Shown: positions 24,601-35,519 of the stretch, piece by piece
Numbering within the stretch: the first letter of the stretch is position 1
Layout of the letters: each line of letters opens with the position of its first letter
Assembly (NCBI GenBank): GCA_964247055.1
Contig: OZ176053.1
Coordinates: 11,718,001-11,782,000, forward strand
Direction: 5' to 3'
DNA: 64,000 nucleotides
From: Paragordius varius
Taxonomy: Eukaryota > Animalia > Nematomorpha
Made by a program: the position numbers and the translations under genes
The notes under the pieces: model-generated
Database searches by the model: none
The model's input: the letters and a program-made list of their open reading frames with translations, nothing else
Told to the model about the DNA's origin: nothing

Positions 24601-27600
24601 TAGATATGGTTGAGTTGACAATGTAAAAAAGACAGAGACCACATTTCATTTTACTGGCTGTCAAAGTGTAAGAAAAAAAACGAACGGTATTACATAGAAC
24701 AAACTTACTTATACTTACTTAACAGAGAAATAATAAATTATTTTTTTACATATATATATATATACAGTGGCGTATGGAGTAAAAGATTGTTAGTGCAAAA
24801 TAGAATAAAAAAATGTTTTTTTTAAAAAAACAATCCTAGTTGTAAATACACATATGTATAATGTCCCCTTGTTTTTTTAAAAAAAAACATTTTTTTTTCT
24901 ATTTTGCACTAACAATCTTTTACTCCATACGCTACTGTATATATAATATGTATTCATTTTTTTAACATGGCTTTTTTCTTATCTTAACATAAAAAAATAC
25001 TACTATATAGCCAATTAAAAGTTTTATTGGAATAATACAGTAGCGTATGGCATAAAACAATATTAGTCCATATAAAAATTTTTTTTAAAAAAAACCAGGG
25101 GATATTATGGATATGTTTGTTTATTTGAATATAAAACATTTTTATGCCATACGCTACTGTAATAAGAAGAAGCGTTAGTAAATTGTTACATGAAATATAT
25201 TAAAGTCCCCTAATAGAATCTATAATAATTGAATTAACTTTTGGTAAAGGTAATCTCAGTTAAACCCATTTTCAAAGCTTCTAATGTATACTTTTTTTTG
25301 TAAAATGTTATAAAATTAGATTATGATATCATTTACATATTATTTAGATTTTTTAAGTTTACAAAGAAAAAAACTTGTTATTAACAGTACCTATTTCATA
25401 TGTTTGCAATATTCAATATGTGATCTAGTCAAACTAGAAAAAGTCAGCACTACAGTGGGAAGAATTACTCACTAAATTCTTTTCAAATATCCTTTTAATT
25501 CTTAGAGTAAACTATTAAAAAAAACTAAGGAACCGCTTATCACAACTTGTTTAATATTAAGTTTGGTAGCGATTCTTATTTTAGCAACACACATATATGG
25601 TAAACTATCTTGTTTCCATTAATGACAATATATTTATAAAGATTACAATCTTGATACAATGCCAATAAAACTTGACTGATTGGCTGTTTTAAGGCTTACG
25701 GTATCTATTTTTTCAATATTCTGTGATTTACCGCTGAACTGGATTAGGTGAAAAACTATCTGTCAAAGCTCTCTATATGACAGCTAAAGTAATACTCGAA
25801 ACGTTTTCAAGAGTTGATATTGTTTTTTAATCACAGGTAACCTACTAAAACAACTTTTTTGATTTAAGTAGAAGGGACGCACTTGTTTTTTTGAAACAAA
25901 ATAGGGTGAAGCGTATAACGGGGTCACACATTACAAAATAGAGTCATTAAAGGCAACAATCTTTACCAAAAGACTTCCGATGCGTTTTTTTAGTACCAAA
26001 AATACTGAATTTAATTAATTGGATATAAACATTTTGTATAAATAAAATTAATTAATCATATATACCTTGCCATTTTAATGTAAGCTAAAAGTGAATCATC
26101 AGAGATAGATTTTGGATTCCAAACCATATCAGCTTGGTGTTCTGGCCAATTCGAGAAAGATTTTTTGGTTTCTAAAATAGTATTATGGTAATACAATAAC
26201 ATGAGCTAGTAAAAGTCATTTCGCTATTATATATATCTGTTGCAATATTTGAGACTATTATATTAGTTACATATTCAATTACAACATCGCATTTATACTC
26301 CACAATTATCAATGTAACTAATTAAAACGTAAAATCTCATACGCGGCAACAGTTAAATCCCTCTTTAGCCATTTCAAAAATTAAAATGGCCTACAGTAGC
26401 CCTTGTTACTAATGTTAATTAAAAATTGGAAAAATTACGAGTTATATATCAAATACTGTGCAAAATTTTTACCACTAGCCAAATAGGTTATTGGCATTGT
26501 CCCATGCTGTGATGTAGCTGGGGAAACTTTTTCATTGATAGTATCATTTCTTTGAATAAAACAGGAATTGGTCTCATTATGGCTCAGTGATTTACCACTA
26601 ATCCCAAACGAAGTATTTGATTCATTTTTATTTTTATCGTTCAATGTAATATCAATATTGACTACATCATCTTTCTTTTTTCGTTTCGATTTGGTGCTAT
26701 AATCTAACTCTGAATCTGATCTAGAACATGTTTTGTAAGAAGTCGAGGAACCATTTCTCAGTTGAATTGGACAGTTTTGTGGTGATTTATTAAGCGGCGA
26801 CAAGTCAACATCATAGTAACCGCCAATATAACATGGTATAGTAGCCTAAAAAGTGAAAATAAACCAATTATGTTGGAAAAACTTATCGACCTATATTTTT
26901 AGATTTGTTAAAAAGGAAAAAGCTTAAACATATTTAAATTCAATTGTTATATTTATAGTAAAAAAATCAGTAAGCAAGCCAGAGGCGTAGCTTTCATTTC
27001 TGGCGCTTAGTGCATGAATCCGTGATGGTTTGCATTTTTTAAAAAATAATAAAATTTAAACCGTGGTCATGACATCTCATAAATGGGTGATTCTTTAGGT
27101 ATTATTTGAAAATTATAACTTTTAAATACCTATTTTTTAAAATTAAATCAATTTTTTTTAATTCAGCGCCTCTTTAACTATGGCGCTCAGTGCAGCCCTC
27201 CTTTATCCCCTATAGCTACGCCTCTAAATCAAGCTAAATTGATTCGTTCAATCAAAGTAACTGTATTAACAAATATGTTGTAACAATACACATTCTATAA
27301 ATATTAAAGAGAATTTTTAAGATTTAATAAATAATAAATATATATTTTTGGTTATTTCTTCGAAAGGATTCATGTGGCCTTTTATAAATGGTAAAAACAA
27401 TAATGTTATGTAGGCCTGACACATTTCCCCTAATATTATTTTGATAAAAAGGGATGGAGAGATATTAAAAGACCAAAAAGGATTGTTATGTTAAACAATC
27501 AATTTGGCAATTTGGTTAATACAATACAAAATTTGAAACAAATTAGATAATATTAGAAAAGTTACAAATGGTTTTATCATAATGGAATCGATAATAATAA

Positions 27601-30600
27601 TTTGACAAAATCATTTAATAAAGTTTTAGGTGATAAATTTGTTATAACGTGTAAAATAAATCAAAAAAATAATAAATTTTCAATGGGGGATGAACACATA
27701 TAATTATAATAGAGTGGCAATTACATAATTTAATTACAGCTAAATAAACAACACTGTTATATTCCTTATGCGCATGATGGCTATGTTAAACTTTTAAATA
27801 ATTATAATTTTATAAAAATTAAATATCACATGGAACGATTGGTTATAAGGGTAGGTTGGTTAATGAATAGGAATAAATAATTTGATTTAACATAGATTAC
27901 GGATTAATAAACCTTAAAAACCAATAAATCTGTCATACTGTATTACACGTAATTTTAAGACTTCTTACATTTGTCACATTAAAAGTACATTATGCACCTC
28001 ATAAACGGCAGGTTTAGTCCACAAAAAAATTATATTTTTGCCAATCATGTACCAATTTTCAGCCTTCGACCAAACACAACATAGTTTCATCCAAGCGAAA
28101 CATTTTTACAAGCAAAGACGACTGAAAAAAATGTTGCCTTTGGTTGAAAAATGGTATAATTGATACCTTACGATTAAAAAACTACACAACATTTTATATT
28201 AGCTGAAAAAAAAGAGAAAGATAAAAACAAGCAATGGGGGTACTGAATTGGTTTTATATAAATCCCTAGCGGTTAAAATATAAATTTAAACGTACCAAAA
28301 GAATTAAAATAAGGACTTTAAAGCAGCATTAAAATATCATTTTTTAAGCGAAAATTTTGGTGTGCAAAAAATAAATACCTTGAATGCAAAAGGTAAACAA
28401 CGGGAGATTATTATAAGCTTTAGTTAGCATTTTTTCATTTTAAGCCAAAAATAATTTGTTAGCACCAAAGTTTGTAAAAACTACTATTCCTCATTAACCA
28501 GAATTCATCGTATTTTACAGGTTTTGCTGTAAAATTAAGTCATTTAAAGCTTTTATTTTTGATTAATGAACCTACAAAATGCTAATAACTAAAATTACCT
28601 TTAAACACTGTGTTCTAAAGTATATAAAATAGAATTACCATCTGGTTAATGTATAGAGATTAAGAGTCATTAAATGTTTAGATATTCTTTTTTGTGTTAG
28701 AATTATAGTATTTTGCCAATGTTGTCTATTATCGAGGTGTCTAACCAAAAATTAGTCACGACAAAGGGGGGGTGCGCGTATGTATTAGCTGAAATTATTG
28801 AAATAATTTGCTCTATAATAAAAACTTCCCAATAAAACACATAATTTATCTACAGTAGCGTATGATATAAAACAATATTAGTTAATATAAAAGAATAAAA
28901 AAATGTTTTTTTAAAAAACAAGGGGATATTATGGATATGAGTGTATATATACCTAGGCTCGTTTTTCTTAAAAAAACATTCTTTTTTCTATGGACTAATA
29001 TTGGTTTATGCGATACGCTACTGTATAGTCTCCTTATTTAATTGATAGTTTTTGATAACTCTAACATAAATTTAATGACAACGGCGATATCATACATATA
29101 TACATTTATAGGCAAATAAAACAACACACTTTTTGTATGTGTGTGTTTATACAGTAGCGTATGGAGTAAAACAATATTAGTCCATAAAAGAATAAAAAAA
29201 TGTTTTTAATTAAAAAACCAATCCTAGTTGTAAATACACATATTAATATCCCCTTGTTTTTTTACAAAAATAATTTTTTATTCTATTATGGACTGATATT
29301 GTTTTAATCCATATGCTACTGTAAATAACTAATAAAACAAACAAATAAAAAAATTTCGCCAACAATCCATACTAATTTTAAATTGTAACATATTACTATA
29401 CTATACTATAAATATTTATACCTTAAAACTGATAATGATAAAATTTATAATGTGTGTAACACTTAAAGTTGAATAGATTCAAACCTATAAAAAACCTAAT
29501 TACAATTAATTAATTAATTTTAATTATATTAACATACAGACATTAATGAAACAAACATTTTTCTGCTTGAAACACACATACATCATAATATTTATATTAT
29601 TCCGGTAAAAATTTTATATAATGTATAATATGTATTTATGTGATAATTTTGATATACGTATTAACACTTCGATTCAAATTGGGGTATCTAAATACACCAG
29701 ACTAAATTTAAATTAATATTTTTAAAAAAGTATTGAAGAAAACGGTCCCAATTTAAATTTATGCTTCTATCCTGATAAAAATTATATAAATATGCCAAAA
29801 TAGCGTGATAAAATTTGTTTTGAAAAAAAAGTTCCATCTCAAACTACTTCGACGCCATTTTTATTTTACAAAATTTTTACAAAATATCGTCTTCAATTAA
29901 TTTTAAGGGTAAAATTAAAGCTAATTTTTTAAATAAATTACATTAAAATTGATAGAAATAGAAAAAGCGGTTTATTTTGTATTATTTTTTAATTTTACAA
30001 TTTGACACATGTTACGTTGACGAAATTTTTACTTTTGGGTTTTTGCTTAAAATAAGTAATATCAAGAATTTTTGAAATAAATTTTTTATATATTTCGGTT
30101 TATTAATGTTATATAAGTGCAAAATTTTGTCATGGTTTCGATTCCTTCCATACTTCTTTAAGTATTTGATTTTAAACAGGCCTGGGGTATCCAACTACCC
30201 CAATTTGAATCGAAGGACTAAAATGAGTGAATTGTATCCAAATGTTAATTTAAGCACAAAATCGATAGAGAATGGATGGTGTTCATTTAAAAGTCATTCG
30301 TTTCAGTTTAAGTTATATATTTCAAAAGGCATTTATGTATTTATCTTTTTTGTTGAACTACTCACAAACATTTCAGATACTTAACAAATGTCATTAATCA
30401 AAGATTAAATTAAAAAAACAATTTAATTCGATTTTCCTGTGCTTAAAATCAGCTATATAAGGCGGATATGATGTATTAAATATCTAATTACATAGTATTT
30501 CCGACTTAGGGTAGATAAATATTTGCTGACAAACAACCTATAAATAATCGAAGAGAAACATTATTGGTCAAAGGCTTTTTTTGAGCAATAATTTTTTTGA

Positions 30601-31599
30601 CTTGTATGAAAGCAAGCAATGATTAAACTAACTCACCAATTATTTGTCATTATGACCAACAATAATTCTATTAGTGTCTTTAAATATAATTGGACGTAAT
30701 AACCTAGCTTTCAATATGAAAAAAATTAGAAAAAGTCTAATTTTAAGCCCCTAACATATTTTTATGGCTTAAAAAAGTTATATAAGTAACAAAATAACAT
30801 CTTAATTCGTTTTTTTATTTCCTCTCCATTATCCTTTCTACTTATAACATTGAAATGACATTTTTAAATAAATATAAAATTGTTCTTTTAAGTAACACAC
30901 ACTCTACCATAATCATAACGACAAGATATGTATTTGGGTTCAGAAAAATTGTTGTAAAACAATGTTTGGACAATAAAAATTTTTAATATATATATGTAGT
31001 TGACTTAATAAATATATTATACTATTCGTCGACAATATTTTACCTAGTTGCTATTGGCAACCAAATGATATTAAAAAACAGACACACTATTTAATCTACG
31101 AAACGTTCGCTGTATGTTAAATGGTACATATCGAGAATAGATAGAGAGAAAGAAAAGAGGATTAATACGCTAATTTATTCTTTGCCACATATTAAACAGA
31201 GTAACTAACAACCATTATCCTTTTCTAATATCATCTTACTTTAATGATATATAATTGTACATACATGTATTGTATTGTTCATCCTTTGATACTTATAGAT
31301 CATAAAGTGTGATAAATCATACATCATAATATTCACATATTTGTTAAAATAGAATAGTTAATGATATAAAAACAAATATATATAGGTAAAAGTGAATAGC
31401 AATTATACTCTATAAGTGATATAGTGTTAGGGCAAATTTTAAAAAATATTTGGGTATAGGCTGGTATAAATAAAAATATATATTAATAATGTATTTCAGC
31501 TGTATAAGCTGTTAACAAAGGTAAATTAATAAATTTGTATAAGTAAACACATACCTGATAATCTTTCCCAACCCGAATTTCGCCAAAATATGTTCCCAT
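14915..31599 (-). CDS. RERE: Atrophin/RERE family transcriptional co-repressor (ELM2-SANT-atrophin domain; Grunge/EGL-27 group)
   Basis: GEIRVGKDYQATIP (ELM2 start), MVWNPKSISDDSLLAYIKMAR, LHKNDYNVKKTL, WNHEDAKIFTKAVRNVGKEFHTIRSEYLKDKQTRDLVQFYYFWKK (SANT), RFAK...GESCSRCDIIF (atrophin SCARTD-like motif). Sixteen exons total 4619 nt; one phase break between 26066 and 22079. Confidence 0.85.
15813..15997. mobile_element. MITE family C copy
   Basis: TACCATTTAC ... GTAAATGGTA-TA; shares the internal sequence of 240-495. Confidence 0.7.
16314..16915 (-). CDS. RERE: RERE-like exon, Asn/Ser-rich
   Basis: AG/GT; phase 1-0. Confidence 0.8.
17011..17472 (-). CDS. RERE: RERE-like exon, Pro/Met/Phe-rich
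   Basis: AG/GT; phase 1-1. Confidence 0.8.
17645..18035 (-). CDS. RERE: RERE-like exon, Pro-rich
   Basis: ttttag|CCA ... GAGC|gtactt; phase 0-1. Confidence 0.8.
18207..18327 (-). CDS. RERE: RERE-like exon (atrophin SCSRCD motif)
   Basis: RFAKAKIEKAIDGESCSRCDIIFLLNSVLYQKILIEQRNEK; phase 2-0. Confidence 0.85.
18493..18694 (-). CDS. RERE: RERE-like exon
   Basis: ttacag|AT ... GGAAG|gtatat; phase 1-2. Confidence 0.85.
19096..19433 (-). CDS. RERE: RERE-like exon, low complexity
   Basis: ttctcccag|A ... AATG|gtaata; phase 2-1. Confidence 0.8.
19720..19939 (-). CDS. RERE: RERE-like exon, low complexity
   Basis: caatag|CC ... ACAAA|gtaaaa; phase 1-2. Confidence 0.75.
20270..20689 (-). CDS. RERE: RERE-like exon, low complexity
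   Basis: 420-nt open frame missed by the ORF track; AG/GT; phase 1-1. Confidence 0.8.
20877..20940 (-). CDS. RERE: RERE-like exon (TSKFGDVRRNAARKAIEEMSK)
   Basis: AG/GT; phase 0-1. Confidence 0.8.
21297..21632 (-). CDS. RERE: RERE-like exon (SANT end, RDLVQFYYFWKK)
   Basis: tacacag|AGA ... AAG|gtatgt; phase 0-0. Confidence 0.9.
21779..21859 (-). CDS. RERE: RERE-like exon (SANT)
   Basis: KIFTKAVRNVGKEFHTIRSEYLKDKQT; AG/GT; phase 0-0. Confidence 0.9.
21981..22079 (-). CDS. RERE: RERE-like exon (ELM2 end and SANT start)
   Basis: ttcttag|CTCCAC ... GATGCC|gtattt; LHKNDYNVKKTLKILEGQPTPSLWERDWNHEDA; phase 0-0. Confidence 0.9.
22311..22720 (-). mobile_element. Probable Tc1/mariner-superfamily 3' end remnant
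   Basis: TA-CATAGGGCGGCCAATTAAATT terminus typical of ITm elements, next to broken coding-like sequence; inner boundary approximate. Confidence 0.35.
24765..24937. mobile_element. Palindromic MITE family A, TA target duplication
   Basis: TA-CAGTGGCGTATGGAGTAAAAGATTGTTAGTGCAAAATAG ... CTATTTTGCACTAACAATCTTTTACTCCATACGCTACTG-TA. Confidence 0.9.
25038..25159. mobile_element. MITE family A copy, shorter
   Basis: TA-CAGTAGCGTATGGCATAAAA ... TTTTATGCCATACGCTACTG-TA. Confidence 0.85.
26066..26171 (-). CDS. RERE: RERE-like exon 3 (ELM2 core)
   Basis: attttag|AAACC ... GCAAG|gtatat; ETKKSFSNWPEHQADMVWNPKSISDDSLLAYIKMAR; phase 1-2. Confidence 0.9.
26473..26845 (-). CDS. RERE: RERE-like exon 2 (ATIPCY... 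plus Ser/Asn/Lys-rich insert)
   Basis: tttttag|GCT ... AGTG|gtaaaa; phase 0-1. Confidence 0.85.
26980..27226. mobile_element. hAT-type MITE
   Basis: Inverted ends AGAGGCGTAGCT / AGCTACGCCTCT; 8-bp flanks aagcaagc and aatcaagc (7 of 8 match). Confidence 0.75.
28853..29023. mobile_element. MITE family A copy
   Basis: TA-CAGTAGCGTATGATATAAAACAATATTAGT ... ATACGCTACTG-TA. Confidence 0.85.
29152..29321. mobile_element. MITE family A copy
   Basis: TA-CAGTAGCGTATGGAGTAAAACAATATTAGTCCATA ... CCATATGCTACTG-TA. Confidence 0.85.
29665..30244. mobile_element. piggyBac-type non-autonomous element, TTAA target duplication
   Basis: TTAA-CACTTCGATTCAAATTGGGGTA at left; internal inverted copy TACCCCAATTTGAATCGAAG, then a spacer and ATCCAAATG-TTAA at right; colinear copy at 50783-51352. 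Confidence 0.8.
31555..31599 (-). CDS. RERE: RERE-like coding exon 1 (MGTYFGEIRVGKDYQ)
   Basis: ATG at 31599, donor CAG|gtatgt, upstream in-frame stop, phase 0 matches next exon. Confidence 0.85.
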
Positions 31600-34500
31600 T
31601 ATGATTAAAAATAAATTTTGTACATATTACGAGATTATAAGTGGTATTGAATTCCAAGAATAAGCCTAAACGTTATCCGTTTATAATCAAAGAAAATTTT
31701 AATAGACAGAAGGGTGCGTCATCTGGTAAAAATTAATTTTGATCGTTGAACTTAAGTATATTTACAAGATCTAAACATATTAAATGATTTGGTTATGCGA
31801 CAAAATATTGCAATAATATATATACGAATAAGGTTATTTATATTATTACATGTGATATTTTATAGTATGCGATATAAAAGTATTTATATTTAACACTCCA
31901 TTACCTTTGGGGTAATTTAATATCCCAGAGCGATTTAAAATTTGAATATCTTAAAAGTATTTAAAATATTGAGCCGAATTAACAATATGCTTTCTTAAGT
32001 TTTTAGCCCATAATACACATTTTTTTTTAAAAAAATGTAAAATTGTGAAAATCCTCATCTCAAACTATTTAGGAGATTTTTTTCCTTAATTTTTTAATCG
32101 ACGAAATAAATGTATTTTGTAGTCAGAAGATGTAAATAATTAATTTTAAAATGCACATATCACCAGACTTAAAATATATTGATTTTAATATCAGCTGTTT
32201 GTTTGTCATATTTTGGAGGTGTCCCAGCTTTAGACAGAACTCACAAGACTGTAAAAATACAAGCTTCTTAACCTAATACCTGAGAAAGTTTGATTGTTTT
32301 GTTTAATTAAATTACTTTCAAAACTGTAGTTTATTTGTAAAATGGAACTGATATAAAACTAACCCAAAATGTAAACTAGACAAAAAAGTGAAAAGGTATA
32401 AAGTGTTATAAAAAAATTTTGTGGTATTTCATAATCTTTTGAAATAGTTTTCTACTCCAGAGCCGCTAAGATTCTGATTTAAAAGAGTATTTAAATCGGC
32501 GTAATTTAAAAATAGGCTTTCATCTAAGCGCATGCTTTAAATGATATTTATAAAAATATAAAAATGTAAAACCTGTCACCAAAATTTTCACTGTCATTTT
32601 TTAATTTTTTTGCTAATAGAACAACCAATTAATAAATATTTTGGGCAATAATATAAGGAATCAACTTTAGAAAGTTTTAGTTTCAGATCCTCAAACTATA
32701 TATAAAAAGTTTTTTTAAAATCCTATACTGTATACTTTACAATACCTTAAAATTCGCTACGGAATTCCGCTAAATTAATAAGCAAAATACCTAATGTTTT
32801 GGAATTTTTATTTTACAATTCAGCATATCTTATTTTTATTGCGCAATATCACCATTTTTGCATATAATTTAACACTTGCCCATTTTAGCCTATAAAAAAT
32901 TTAGATGATTGGATCTACATCTAAAATTCAAAATTTATAAAAAAAATTTTTAAATATAGTTAATCATACATATTTTAGTAATTCATGGAAATGAAACATT
33001 TAACTACCAAAAAAAATTAAAAATATGCTCAAATTTTACCATTTTGTGATATTGAGCAAAAGCTAAAAACTTTTTTAAATCAATCCTAAGGCCTAAAACT
33101 AAAAGCAGCATAAGAATCTGAATTTTATCCATCAGAATATAACTCGGGATATGGTTTTTTATTCCCTGATTTTCCACAATGATGACATCAAAAAAATGCT
33201 TTTGATTTTAGCAAAATTTAGATAAACCGTATCTAGTATTTCGGAGCATGGTGAAGATGGTAGAAAAACAATTTAAAATTTTCTTATATAATTTGATAAT
33301 GCTGAACAATTCCATCACCTTGGATTTTGGATCAGCACATTTTCGTATTTAGATTTAAATTAATTTTATACAATGTGTTTCTTACAAATTATCTTAATCT
33401 TTATAATAATGAAGGATGACTAGACCATCTTTCATCTGTATTAACTAGTTAACTATGTCAAACCAATACATTTTAATTAAAATGAAAACTGCTGTGCTAC
33501 ACTTTTTTGATTTGACGACTATCTCGAAGCATATGTCCGTTATTTAAAACCTGGTATGCAGTAATCCATAAAATCTGGTAAATTATAAAGATCTTTGCCA
33601 CCTGAAAATCCAAAATTTACTTGAATCATTTAAAATCCGCAAGATGTACAATTTTATATCCATTGTAAATTTAATAAATTGATAATGTAAATGTGTTAGT
33701 ATTTGTACCCTGATTGTGGCGATCAGAGGTGTTCTGATCATCATTATATATTTTGATAATTAAGATTGTACCTAAAAATAACTACCCAAAAATAATTATT
33801 GAATATTTATTTTAAATTGGCCTGTGCTAGTCACCCCAATCCATAAATAGATATATATATATTTGTGTTAAAGTGATAAATGAATCTTTTTATACTTATA
33901 CGTGCCCGCGTGAAATTTTCTCCCAAAAAGGTAGCCCATAAAAAAAGGCTGGCCACCCCCTGATGTCAGTATTTTACACCATTTTCCCCACCTTTAAAAT
34001 GACATAAAAATATGGCTCATCCAAATTTTATAAAAAATTGCAACAAAGTAAACGTTTTCCAATAGTTTTTTAAATGTGATAAATATATTATTGAGTTCAA
34101 TTCAAGATACTAACCCGTTTTGGTGCGGTCATAAATTTTGATTTTAGCAACCTACATCCAAAAATTAAAACTTTATAATTCTATTTTAATTAAATATACT
34201 TCAGTAATATTTTTTGAAATAAAGCCTTTAGCTTTCAGGAAATTTTACCATAATGTGCACAATTTCGAGACTTTTCTATATGGAGAAATTATTACAAAAG
34301 TGTAAATATTTTTATTACATGTCTCGTGTGCCCAAAATTAAAAGCAATATGAATCCCGATGTATTTTCCTATCAGAAAATATATTTAGTTAGGAAATAAT
34401 TGTTTGTGTGCATTAATTAAATCAAATTTGATGTTGTAAGATAGTTAAAATTGTTTAATATAAACCATATGATATTTTATACCTATATGCCCCTGTATTG

Positions 34501-34657
34501 TGGCCAAAAATAATGATAATAAAGCGTGTTCTAGCAAAAAGCGATTTTGAATTTTTGTTTTAATTTCGTCCTAATTATGTCCCAATTTTATTTTTAGTAT
34601 AAAAAACATATAAACCCTACAAACAAATACCTTAGTAAATATAATAATAATTAACGT

Positions 34658-34659
<2 letters not shown>

Positions 34660-34703
<44 letters not shown>
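34660..34703. repeat. (TA)n microsatellite, about 22 units; longest of many TA tracts
   Basis: Direct reading; shorter tracts at about 1008, 14870, 18473, 22900 and 58128. Confidence 0.95.
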
Positions 34704-34708
<5 letters not shown>

Positions 34709-35249
34709 ATATATTTTGGAATCTTTTAATAAATGTTTTGTAAACAATAAACAAAAATGAAATATACATAGGTAGCCTTCACTTTTTTTACCTGCTTTAT
34801 TCATTTTTGCCTAATACAAAATAATAAAAAAACATGGTTAAATACGTTATAAGCCACCTTTCTATTTGGTTTCTTTAACAAATATTTTTTACATGAATTA
34901 TACAAAATGCAATAATATTTTTTTTAAAAATTACTTTATTTTATTAAACAAAATTATCGAGACACGAACTTTATAATTTTTAAATCCGACAGAATTGTTA
35001 TATGTATTAATCATTCAAGAAATATTTTTAACTTTAACATCTAATACAGTTATAATAAATCATATTAATTCATATTGTATTTTTAAGTATAATCTATTTT
35101 ATATGTAAATATTATAATACCCTATTATATTTAATTAAAGAATTCGTTTCGTTCATCCGTGGTTTAACACATTTTTACCGTGCTATATATCGATTGACGA
35201 TTCGATCAAATATTCTAAATATAGCTCATATTCCAAGCCAGGTAATCTA

Positions 35250-35519
35250 AACCATTTACAGTTCAAATTCACCCTCGAACAATTCAAATCCCTAAAATAA
35301 ATTATATGTTTTTTAAGATAAAAAATTACCTTTATAAAACATGAAATTCTGTTTAAAATTAATAGAATTCTGAAAAAATAACAATCTATGTTGCAAAAAT
35401 ATATTTTATAATAATGCCAGTGATATTAGCCCGAAAACACATAATTTTTTTAGGCTAAATTTGAATTGTTCGAGGGTGAATTCGAATTGTTCAAGGGGGA
35501 ATCAAAATTGTAAATGGTA
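35250..35519. mobile_element. MITE family C copy
   Basis: ACCATTTACAGTTCAAATTCACCCTCGAACAATTCAAAT ... ATTTGAATTGTTCGAGGGTGAATT ... TGTAAATGGTA-TA. Confidence 0.8.

Noticed and set aside
25391-25424. Candidate for the missing RERE-like exon (phase 2 start, RSHIEYCKHMK)
   Set aside because: It ends in an in-frame TAG before the donor; at most a poison exon, with no support.
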